A DNA stretch of 63,340 nt, counting the filler, from Perkinsus chesapeaki ATCC PRA-425 (lineage: Eukaryota; Protista; Perkinsozoa): assembly GCA_013115145.1 (NCBI GenBank). It is 15 parts of 15 records of this genome, joined end to end, with 100 filler letters (N's around TTAATTAATTAA, not from the genome) between each part and the next. Parts side by side here need not be neighbours in the genome. Positions count along the whole stretch, not along the records: positions 1 to 22,790 come from JAAPAO010000572.1; positions 22,891 to 23,906 come from JAAPAO010002279.1; positions 24,007 to 26,027 come from JAAPAO010001699.1; positions 26,128 to 38,285 come from JAAPAO010000823.1; 11 more parts are not named here. The stretch is one strand, 5' to 3'. Under the pieces are notes generated by a model, which worked only from the letters and a program-made list of their open reading frames with translations, was not told the DNA's origin and did not search any database. Shown one piece after another: positions 22,526 to 33,769 of the stretch (its first letter is position 1; every line of letters starts with the position of its first letter). A program made the translations under genes and the position numbers.

Positions 22526-22720
22526 GGAGTACTGGACCAGTACTACTGGTGCCATTGGTTAGGATTGAGGTCTGTTGTTCTGAAGGTCAAGGTTCGATTC
22601 TCGGTGAGAGATTGAGGAAATGCGAACGGAAGAAAGACTGTCGTCCCTCGGTAGGATAGGCAAGCTGGTTCGGATGGCCATCCTACATAGTTTCTGCCCG
22701 ACAATGCTCCAAATAAGGAA
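22526..22720. other. tRNA-derived (A/B-box-like) segment with conserved hairpin, copy 2
   Basis: TGGTGCCATTGG A-box-like and GGTTCGATTC B-box-like motifs; paralog of 17715-17887. Confidence 0.55.
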
Positions 22721-22790
22721 TTCCACGGCCGAGAATTGAACTCGGGTCTCCTGCGTGACAGGCAGGAATACTAACCTCTATACTACCGCG
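22721..22790 (-). tRNA. tRNA-Asp (anticodon GTC); first 2 nt lost in the gap
   Basis: Anticodon arm CCTGC-CTGTCAC-GCAGG, T arm CCGAG-TTCAATT-CTCGG, acceptor (TC)CGCGG/CCGTGGA. Confidence 0.95.
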
Positions 22791-22890
22791 NNNNNNNNNN
22801 NNNNNNNNNNNNNNNNNNNNNNNNNNNNNNNNNNTTAATTAATTAANNNNNNNNNNNNNNNNNNNNNNNNNNNNNNNNNNNNNNNNNNNN
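22791..22890. other. Artificial contig spacer (first of 14)
   Basis: N run with TTAATTAATTAA. Others at 23907-24006, 26028-26127, 38286-38385, 41384-41483, 44703-44802, 46033-46132, 47280-47379, 48740-48839, 51275-51374, 54132-54231, 55350-55449, 59962-60061 and 62046-62145. Confidence 0.99.
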
Positions 22891-24006
22891 TTTATATTCC
22901 ATAGGATTGACACCCCAAAAGCCTCCGCATTACCTTTGACTCCATCAATGCTCGTTGACCATGGCCACCCCAGAGACGTATCTGCCTATCGTATTTATCG
23001 TCAGTAGCCATTACTTCTATGAAGCTGCTGTCTATTGCTAGCCCTTTGTTAACATAACACTGCACAGAGGTGGATCACTTAAACTGGATTATAGTACGCG
23101 AAAATGATAATGGATGTGAATCGGTGCACGTCACCAAGAGCTAGCTCTACTTGCCGAGCATAAAGCAATGGGGACTCTGAGAGCATAAGTGAAGATTTGG
23201 CGGAAATTTGGTAGTATTACAATTTTGCAGCGTACGTCTTCGACGAAGTAACGCAGAGGTAAGCACAGGAGAACTATGCCGACATCAAGCAAGGACATTA
23301 GTCCAGTGCCGAGGATCTGCCAGTGGAACAATAGTAGGAAAGACCATCGAATGAACCGATCGCGTCGAGCGAGGTTCTGAACCCCTTCAGCTTTCAGTCT
23401 TGCTCGAAATCGGCAAAACAGGCCACTATAGCGTTGGCTATAATCGGCAAATACAGAGTCAGACAGGCCTTAGTACCCATATGGTAATGCAACCATGTAT
23501 TAGAGTTCTGTTATACCTTCAACGTATAGGCGATTATTTCACACTCATCTTCGGACGTATTCTGTCCAACCGTTCAGATGGTTCAAATTCCCCTATTACA
23601 ACTATCCCGATTGCCGTCAGCATCACTGTATGCATAGTCAGCAGTTCGACCCGATGATAGTAGATGCCAAGGACTGAAGAAGGATATCCAACATGATCGG
23701 AAATGGCAGGCTTACGAAGCAGTGCGTGCGATGCTACCATTAGCAGATAGCCGACGTACTGTGTAGTCGTCGGAGTTGACCTAAACTCGAACGCCTTATC
23801 CAGGACTAAGGAATGCAGCCGTACACATATGAAGGGGGATAGAATGGCACGAATGTTCCGCCAGTGACGGCTATGACCACTAAAGCTGTCTGGAAAGCAG
23901 CTATCANNNNNNNNNNNNNNNNNNNNNNNNNNNNNNNNNNNNNNNNNNNNTTAATTAATTAANNNNNNNNNNNNNNNNNNNNNNNNNNNNNNNNNNNNNN
24001 NNNNNN

Positions 24007-25151
24007 ATGATCTACAATACACGAAGTCATTGACATACAATGTCTGTCAGGCATCATGATTAAGGCTAGGTTCATACGAGCTTACCATTTCGAGAATGAG
24101 CTCCGTCGTGCGATCGTTGAACGCTTTCCTAGCAATGCTTTCCATAGCAGCAATTTGTTGCACTTTGTCACTTTCGTTCTTCGTCAATGCCCGGCACTTA
24201 TGTTCCCTCAAGCCTTTGTAGCTATTCCCCTTGGTGCTTAGCACTTTCTTGCATGCTGAACACTGAGCACGATCAGCACTCAGCCGGTAAAACTTCTCGC
24301 CGAATTCATCCTCGAAGCGCTTATTAGCTGCTGACTTGCCAAGACCTGACAACACTAGCGAGTGATCGCATTTTCACTTGTGATTTACGCACAGTAACGC
24401 GAGGGTGTAGCATTTTAAGCCCTAACGGTTAGCCCCAACATTGACATAGCTACTTTACATCCCTCCCCTTTGTACCCTCTCAATACTACAGTATAATAGT
24501 TGCACGCCATATTCCAGCATTAGTAATACTTACGCGGTGTCTCTGACTCGTCCCCGATAGACTTTGCCTCCCTTAGAGGTTCGCAAAGGTCTACATGCTG
24601 ACGTTCTTCGTTTTTCTTTTTACTTGCCTCCGCGGTAGTTTCTTCACGACTAGTCGATTCTCGGAATCGCTTAGATGGAGGAGGTATCATTAATGAGCAA
24701 AAGCAGTCCTTACGTGATGAAAAGTACAAGGTACAGTAAACACAATGATATCTCCAGTCTGAGAAATTGCGAGTAATACAGAAACGCTGAGTGAACAATG
24801 GACGGAAAAAATCACTCGTACGTTTTTACCCACGTTTGGCATACAAAAATTGCTGGGAATTTGTCGCTCGCTTGCATACAACTGTATAACACCGCGTATG
24901 ATCTGGTTGTAGTTATTGGGAAAGGTATCGATTATCTTTTCACTGAAAACTTCTAAGCGAAAAGAGTTTAATTTGGTGTCAAAACAGTGCAAAACGGAAA
25001 AACGGAGTTTTCCGCCACCTTGCGGAAAAATCCGCCTCTTGAACGCGGAAAACAAGGGCGGAATGGTGTTTGGAAAACGGACTTCCGCTCCGCGAAACGG
25101 AACGGACTCCGCCACCCGGAGCGGAAACGGACCGGAATTTGCCCACCCCTG
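24007..25151 (-). mobile_element. 5' end of a hAT-type DNA transposon (BED-finger transposase start)
   Basis: Minus-strand terminus CAGGGGTGGGCAA at 25151; dense AAACGG/CGGAA subterminal motifs at 24990-25140; exon 24047-24355 reads RAQCSACKKVLSTKGNSYKGLREHKC (BED-like); truncated by the gap. Confidence 0.75.
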
Positions 25152-25907
25152 ACCCGGTGTAGCTGCCACGCCCGGTGTAGTACACCGGGCGTTAGAGATC
25201 GGTCCATAGAGTCGTACTCGATATTGATATTGATATCGTACCTGTGACAGTTAAATAGTTGCCATTGACAGCATGCACGTTAAGGTGAGTTATGCTCGCA
25301 GCTGTCTCGCTGGGTATTTTATCCTCCCAGGTTTCTCACGGACGGCCTCGATCCAAACAAGCCGAACGGTTTCATCTAGTCTTTCCAATCGAATTGATGA
25401 ATAAGAAAAACTCCCTGCGTCAAGGATACTCATTATGTGACAAGTGTGTTATTTTGTAATATTCACCATGGACTGTTGAACCGTTCAACGCTCCACAAGC
25501 GGTTTACGCGTAAATAAAAATATCAGGAAGAACGAAATAACGACCGACAAGTTGTCGGCGACAACCCTACAAGGGTTGTTGAAAAAACCCTTTCCCCGCT
25601 CCAGCGAACGTCTGAAAAGTTTCTGCTCCTGCTTGTCTTACAACCGAAGGGTCGGAATTGAGGAGGCCAGGTTATCTCCAAAACTAAGGGCGCTGGTATG
25701 GACTACCCTGGATAGTCCGGGGAATTTCCCTTCCCGGGAAACGAGAGACCTTTTTCCCAGGCCGGACAACTTTGAAGCTAGTCCGGCAAAATCATTGTAC
25801 CCTATATGTAGATGCTGTGCTAGCGACGGAGATCTGTAGTGCAATGCGATAAAGTGCTGTGCTTATTATCGTAAGGTCCTCAGTTCGATCCGCAGTTACG
25901 CTGTTTT

Positions 25908-26027
25908 AGACCGCGGTTTTACCGCGATTACCGTTACTTTTCGCGTTAACCTTGCCGCTCCTCGCGATTACCGCGAATTACCGCGATATTGGTCTTGTGG
26001 TAACCACGAAAACGCGGTATCGGACGG
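25908..26027. repeat. Cluster of TTACCGCG motifs, probable subterminal region of another DNA transposon
   Basis: ACCGCG/TTACCG repeated several times up to the contig end; terminus not seen. Confidence 0.4.
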
Positions 26028-26287
26028 NNNNNNNNNNNNNNNNNNNNNNNNNNNNNNNNNNNNNNNNNNNNTTAATTAATTAANNNNNNNNNNNNNNNNN
26101 NNNNNNNNNNNNNNNNNNNNNNNNNNNTAATTCACTATTGTCTATCCACCATGTCATCGAGTTCATCAAATGGCGATCAATCTCCGTGGGACCTTAACAT
26201 TCGTCCAAATCGATCACCTGGGCGCGCGCTTTTATCATTGCACATGTTCGTGTGTATACAACGTTCACTAGCTTTATACACGTCAGC

Positions 26288-26893
26288 ATGGCACCTAAAA
26301 AGAAAGCCATCGCTCCACCCCCAGCTGCAGCAGCCACTCCTCCTCCTGCATCGGTGCACGCTCCTATGTCGGAGACTCAAGGGTCGGCGTCACCAAAGAA
26401 GAGAGGTCGCAGGCCCGGTGGTAGGTGGTGATTCTGCTAGTGGTTGCGGTGAAGAGCGTTTTATTTAGAGAAAAGACGGAGGCGTCATACTGAAACTTAT
26501 AATACGTATATTTTCCGCGTGCTGAAACAAGTAGGGCGCAGCGGCGTCGAGGTGGCTTATTGTTGGATCAGGTCCATCCTAACACAGGCATTTCCAAGAA
26601 GTCCATGATGATCATGAATTCATTCGTTAATGACACGTTCGAGAGGGTACGGTGAATCGGCGTCGTGATTGCTGAGCTTCCTTTCAGATCGTTTCTGAAG
26701 CCGCGAAACTTTGCAAGTATTCCACCAAGGGGACTCTCTCTAGCCGCGAAGTATGCTTGTGTGTCTTCTTGTGTGTTATTGTCTCGATTAGATTCAAACT
26801 GCCATTCGTTTGGTATTGCCGGGCGAGCTGGCCAAGCATGCGGTAAGCGAAGGCACCAAGTCGGTTACGAAATACACCAGCGCCAATACATGA
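26288..26893 (+). CDS. H2B: Histone H2B (5 exons)
   Basis: Exons 26288-26420, 26469-26530, 26572-26646, 26688-26750 and 26792-26893 with GT-AG introns give ...[52 protein letters not shown]...[38 protein letters not shown]. Confidence 0.97.
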
Positions 26894-27684
26894 GACTTCC
26901 TTCTGTTATTTCTCGATGACGTAATTACGTTGTTAGTGCGTAGCTTTTCGTGGTGGAGTTGCGTTGTGTTGAGAGCTGAAGTGCACAATGACATTTTAAC
27001 GCTAAGATACGCGAAGTTGCAGAAATGGAGAGAGGGGAAGAGCGAAGTCTTATCGAACAGGAAGCTGATTTCAAGGCATGGTTGAAAATGGAAAGAGAAA
27101 AGCTAGAAACCGAAAGACAAGCAAGTTAAACGGCCGGCGCTCCATAGATTCATCGGTGAATTGCCGCGGCTGCTCGACTGAATGGCCCATTCACATGGAC
27201 CTTCAGCTTTAAGTTGAAAACCGAGCCGTCCTGATGTTCCTGGTTTCAGAGGAGCCTTATGTAGAATTGAGCAGCGATCCGTGAGGTCTCTCGAATGGGC
27301 TTCCACTCAGTGCGTACATTGCAAGTAGCGCAACATTGTTAGAAACTGAATAGTGCTACGTGTGTGCTTGGTAGATAGGCTATATTGTATGTAGCACCGA
27401 ATCAAACTACTTACGAACGTTAGGACACCACTAAGGAGTCTGCAACTCCATGTCGATAAGCTGTGGCGAGCCAAGCTGGCAATTTGCCTACACACTTTGG
27501 AACTACAGTCGGTTACACTAGTAAGGGTTAAGCCAGTCCGCTATTGGGCTCCGCAGTTAACAACGAGTCTACGCGCCATACTGTCGCATATACATAGCTA
27601 ATAAACGGCAAGGGCACAGTAACATATTGGGGCTCTTAAGGCCCTTTTCTGCAGGGCTATTGTTGAGGATTTCTCTCCGTACAG

Positions 27685-28855
27685 GTGTTGGCTTTCGACC
27701 GAGATAGAATTAGAACTGCACGCGGCGAGAAGGGGGCTACGCTACCCTTGACCATAAATGGTGTAGAGGACGTCGAGAAATGCCGCGCTGAAGTCGAAGC
27801 ACTTCGAACGGAAATCCAGAGGAAGTCCGAGGAGATACAAGCTGCGAAGACAAGCTACGCAGAGCTACACAAACACATCGAAGATGAAGAACGAGAGAAG
27901 CTCAGGTTGGCTGTTTCTTGTCCGCGAGGCGAATTCTAACACACTACCAGGGAGGGACGTATCTTTTACTTGGAGATAGTCACTGACAATCTGTATTGAC
28001 AATTTGTCAGACATCCCTCTGTAGAGCTTTAAAACCGTACTGTGGAATCGCCAAAATATGTGCGCGAAAAGCTATGAGAATTCCCCTCAAAATTCGCTGA
28101 GACGTGGTGTGCAACACTGTGCGTTGCAGACCGCCGGTGCATGGGTTGATTGAACGCTACGCTTCGGTACGGCGGAAGGAAATCGCCCAGGCAACAGCGG
28201 GTCGGAGGAGAACGCTATCCAGGCACTCGAAACCGATAGATGAAGTTACGGTATGACTGGCTGCCAGTCACTGGCAGCAATCTCACATATGCAGTTTGCT
28301 TCAGGAAGACAAACTGAAGGAACCGCGTCCGACCAAGGGGGAATTGAGCAAGTCGCAAGAGCCTGAAGAGAGCAACCAGAAGGTTAAAGGTGCGGAGCTG
28401 CCCGAAGCTTCCAGTGAGAAGGCCTGCCAGGCTGCCACACAAACGGCTAGCAAGAAACACAGGAAGAAGCATGCCAGGTGGGACAGCCACTGGCGTACAT
28501 GGATGATCTTCGCTGCAGGAGGCGGAGTGGCGCCAGAAGCTCCTCGGAATCTGACGTGAGCTCATATAGCGGAAGGAGACCGCGGGAATACCAGGCGGCG
28601 CCACTGCTTGGACTGTACCCCCCAATGGTTCCTTTGGTGATACCGTACCCCTATCCAACTGTCGGACATGTTTGGTCACCCCCGGCTACTGCCACGCCTC
28701 CCCCAGTCGCACCGAGTAGTGTGGCTGCGCCGACCGAGCCACCTCGTAAAGGTGTGCAAGAGGCGCCTCGGCAGGAACCAGCACCTCAGGTGGAGCAACA
28801 ATCACCAGTTGCCTCGAATGAAGCTTTGAGCCGGCGACCACTTGAGAACCAGTAG
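27685..28855 (+). CDS. Hypothetical multi-exon coiled-coil / Pro-rich protein (partial model)
   Basis: Acceptor-bounded coiled-coil exon 27685-~27908. A 41-nt GTGGGA...CTGCAG intron joins the 28296 and 28478 frames. Confidence 0.4.
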
Positions 28856-30801
28856 AGCGTGTAACGATGTTATTAATCGCAATTACATTTATCAGGGATC
28901 TGATGGCATCTCAACCCCGACGGAAATCCCAGAAAGGCTGTGATTGTATGTGACAGTTTCGACAGCTTGCATGCGCGTGCTTGGGTTTGCTACTAGTGAG
29001 GAGTTCCAAGTTGGAACTTACAACTCCTAAGTACCATCTCTTGGAATTAAAAGCGTCCTAGTGTAAAAGAACTACCGACCAAGCCAAAGTTACACCAACA
29101 ACAATGATATGTGGCCTTATGAACTGTTGTTCTGGAAGCTCTTTATACTGTTCGATTCGCTGAGGTTAGAGCCGTTCTATCAGCTGGCTTCGTAGGCGTA
29201 TTCTTACTCGCACACCACAGAGTACACTGTTCAGGTTATTCGACCCTCTATCCTTGAGACTCCCGTTAATTGATCTAAGTTAGATCATCTAACACAACTC
29301 ATACATTCCTAAACTGAATCAAAGTAAGCTAACGATGCAGCACCTGACTCTACGGCTGGTATTACTGCTCTCCACCGTAGAGTATCTGACTCGTCTGATG
29401 GACGACGGAACGGAAGACGTTCTGCTTCTCTCGGCTAAGCGTGTAGCTCAATATCGATTAATCCACGCTTAAGCGCAATGTATTCTATATTGTCGGACAC
29501 AAGCCAGTCTTGCCCTCCCTTAACAGGACAGACTTTGTGTAACGACCGATGTGCTTTAGCCAACAACACCAACTCATCTATAAGGGAAGTCATTTCACCC
29601 TTGCATACGATTAGAATACTAAAAGGAGAATGCCTCTTCTAAGAAAACTTTTCTTTCAGCTACTTGCCAACGGTATCAGCACATGTGGCCGCTTTTTAAA
29701 GAAGTAGAATGCGAAGTGATGTATAACCTCGGTAATCTACCACATATCTTAAAAAGACGCTCTAAAAAATATGAAAGGTCAGTAACCGTTACTGAGTAAC
29801 GAGTGCGAAGGAAAGACCATGTAGCAGAAGATCAGTGAGATCGCAAAGCAGACGAGACGGACGAGCGTCATGCAGTGACTCACTGTGAAGTGAATCTCTT
29901 CGAAGCGCGCGAAGTAGCGCTAGGTGCCGCTTACTGCTGTTCTCATAGGACTCGATCCTAGACTTATTTCAGAATATCAACTCATGTTACATGGTACATC
30001 GGTAGCTTGATGATAGAGAGTTGTAGGATGATTATCCTTCCAGTGACAAGATTCAATCATGCCGAAAGGGGAAATCATTGAGTAACAACGGTCATTAATC
30101 GTGACATCCAAGACTCGACCTCTGGCTAGCTAAACTATACTCCTCAAGGTACTTCAGACAGGCGGCCTTCCAAATGATTGACCGCGGTGATACCCCGCCC
30201 CTTCTGACCAATCTTCTCACAGCGAAAATTTCCCTGAGGTGATTACGGAATATCGAAAGGAGATGAGTCGCGGCACCACTGTCGCCGTATATGCGTTGAG
30301 GAAACGCGTCGCTGCCCACAGCTCAATCTTATTTGTTAAAGCTCCAGGGTTCTATAAGCATTGCCCTGGACTCCAGAGCACTCCAGGGCCTGAAGTGGCC
30401 AACAATTAGCTCCTCCTCGTCAGCTGTAGTATAGCTTCTAGCTTTGTGGGCACTGCCAGTGGAGAGTGGTTCCTCAACGATTCCCCATTTCAGGGTACAG
30501 CAGCAGCCTCAACGGAGCACAAACATGTCTCCAACATCACCCAAGGATTTGCATAAACACCACCTGACTATACATCTTAGTGCCGTTCTCCGCTGCTGGG
30601 GCGAGTCGAATAGTTCGAAATCTCCTGTGCGGCTATCAATAGGGAGGAATATAAGGTTCCTAATACTGACGGACTATTATATCATCGGTAACATATGTAT
30701 GCCAGCAAGGCGCTGCGCACACGTGCCGGCAGAAGCACGTATGCGAGCACGCGCTTGAACTGCGTTTTTCATATCCGCAACAGAACCAACTCCTGCGCTA
30801 T

Positions 30802-31882
30802 ATGGCAACTGGCTGGCATTGTTGCTTTATTTTCATGCTGGTCGTGGGACTTAGTCAAGGTTCGGACTTGATCAAGTTTCCAGTAGCGGTCGAGAGGGAA
30901 GAGTCCGGGACCGACGTGGTGGTGACGACTGTGAACATGGATGGTCAAGTTCTAAGAGCGAATGTTGACACTTCTTCAGATGTGACCTTTTTTATCGATA
31001 AGGCCTGGTATGAAAAAGAAAGCCCTGGTGGATGTGATAAAATACTACATAAATGCCATGAATGCAAGACGCCTTGTATGAAAAGTGGAACTGAGATAGT
31101 AAACTTCGAAGATGGCTCGTCCGTGAGGGTGTCCATAACTACTGGCAAGCTCAATCTACCCGGTATGCCTCCCATTGACGTTGACTTTGGCTTGGTGAAC
31201 AGATTGACCGGATGGCCACAGTCTTTCGCTGTACTGGGCTTGAGCGCACAGACAGGACGGTATGTGCCCGTCATTAACCAGATAATGCGTAAACCTCCGT
31301 CAGAGAGACCTATCAAGGGCACCGCCTTCTCGTTTTACCTTCGTCGTGAAGACCCACCTACCGGTGAGCTCATACTCGGTGGTGATGACCCATCCCTCCA
31401 TAAACGTCTTTCCTATATGGCAGTTACTGAGCCCGACTTGGTGACCATGACGAGCATAGCTGTTGGGGACACTTCTCAGCCTTTCATTAGGCAACACTTC
31501 ACCCTCGATATTGATACAGGTTCAGATTACAACTACGTGCCGCCGAATATTCTCAGGCAGGTTATCGAAGAAATAAAAACACGTGGCAACACACAAGCCA
31601 ATAGATGTTCGTAAAGCCTACGGAAAATACGTTATCAACTGCAATGATCGCCAGTACTTGCCACCGGTGACATTTTACTTGCAAGGCGTGAATGGGAAAG
31701 ATGTTCCTATTCGCGTGGAGCCGGCCGACTATGTCACCGTTAAAGATAAGGAGGGAGCTTCCACTTGCTACCTGGCTATGCGCTCATCAACCGAAGGTGC
31801 GTTGGGGTTCCCAGCACTCAGGGGTCACTACATTTTGTTCAATTGGGACCAGAATAAGATAGGTGTTGGTCACTTGAAGTGA
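30802..31882 (+). pseudogene. Pepsin-like (A1) aspartyl protease, one frameshift near 31590
   Basis: Signal peptide; VDTSSD and IDTGSD catalytic motifs; GELILGGDD; C-terminal LGFPALRGHYILFNWDQNKIG in a second frame. Confidence 0.85.
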
Positions 31883-33769
31883 ACCCTACTTCTGTCGGCC
31901 GGGGAGCGCTTTCCCCTCTAGTATTTTCTAATTGCTCTGTCTCTATTCTACTCAATAGGTAATTGGTTTTTTTCAAAGACCTCGGATGAGAAGTTGTGTA
32001 CATCTGCGCCTCCCTGCAACGTTAGTAGCGCTTAGCGTCCACGATCGAACATCATCCAAGCCTAGTACTATATCTTTTCTTTATTTCTTGTCTGCCGTAT
32101 TCATCCCACCATTCCGACTACATGACTATACAGGAGCAAGCTCATGGAATTGGTCATATGCGTCACAGCCATCGGTGTGTCACTGGTCGTAATCGTACTG
32201 CGGTTTAGCTCGTATCCCGGGTTTAATATTTCTACCTTATCTCGATTCATTTGATCACTTGTTGTGTTACAATATATTTACAGCTTGTCAATTATACAGT
32301 CTTCCCATTGAGGCATTTGACTGCGTAAGATTGAAAGATTGTTAACATACGTATGTACCAAAGCTGTGCCCATCGACTCTATACCGTCTAGTATTATCGC
32401 AGGTGTGTAGAGCAGGGCATGGAAGCCGAACCTGTGCTCATCTAGAGCATCCAAAATACATTGTAGACGACCGAGACCTGTAGAACTTATAACTACTTCA
32501 CTTCTCCAGTGAGGATGCGAAAAAAGGCTGCCGCACATTTTTCGTGCTGCCGCCGGCAGCACACGCCAGCCCGGGTCATACTAAGTATAAGAGTCTAGCA
32601 TACCCCTGCAGCATGCTTGACTTGACGCTAGACCCTTCCTGGACACACCGCATCGTGCTTATATTCTCGCCCTCCCCCATAGTAGGTCTACTGTACTTTC
32701 GAGATGATGGGGATAGCTCGTCGAACACCAGCAAACGAAGCGTGCACGAAGCAAGGTTCGAGATCGAAGTCTTCGGCTCAAGCCTCGAGGGTTCCGATTG
32801 GAACTATGCGTAGAGTGTCTTTGCCTTCGCGAGCCGATCCTCAATAAACACAACAACAAGACGAGTGCATGGGTAAATCATCTGGTTCCAGCGGATCGAG
32901 TCGTGACAGACAGATGCGGCTAAATGTATCAATGTTTAAGCGACACAAGATAGATTGTCTATCATAGACATCGATATATATAGGCATACATTAGACCAGC
33001 AAATACCATATACATATCCAGTCGGCAATCGGCCGCTGGCGATATGCCAGATAGAAAGAAGAAAATCGTGTGTTTTCGCCACAAACTTGAGCCAGCATGG
33101 CAACAATCTACGCTCCGATAACAGTCACCTCGCCGTTACAAATACAAATGCACAATCTAGCTTGCACAGGATTGTGTGACAAATATACAAGTGAGGAACT
33201 GACTCCGGCTCGAACTGTACCTCCAAGCACTTCGTGCTTTCCGAAACAGTTTGGTTTAAATGCATAGGAAGCTGCGCCAGGCAGTATGACTAAATTTCAA
33301 CGAAATTGCCAATTGGTGCGCACCGTTCCCGGAGGTCGTCGCTACAATGTAAACCGCGCCCCATGACGACACCTCGACAACTTTTCGACCTCTCTATGAT
33401 ATGATATTATCACTGTACACCAACAATGGTTGCTGCATATAGGTTTGCTATGTGGCGCGGTGTCGATCAGAGCAGGTACGATTCGCCAAATCGGATTCGG
33501 GGCTGTCGATAGACCCCGCACGACTAGGATGTCGCGGTTAGTAGATTTCCGGATCTATTTGAGTGATAATTGAGAACTCATTGGGGACAGTAATTGACCC
33601 TTAGCGGTGTAGGTCCGCCCCCACATTGCCCCCAGCTACGCCACTGTCTAGCATATATCGATTCCATCAGTTATGGTCCCCAATCAGCAGGGCGATCCGT
33701 GTACTACTGGTCGAGGCTCCAGCTCTCATCACTTCAAGCGCAAAGGCCAAAAGATGGTTCAGAAACAAA

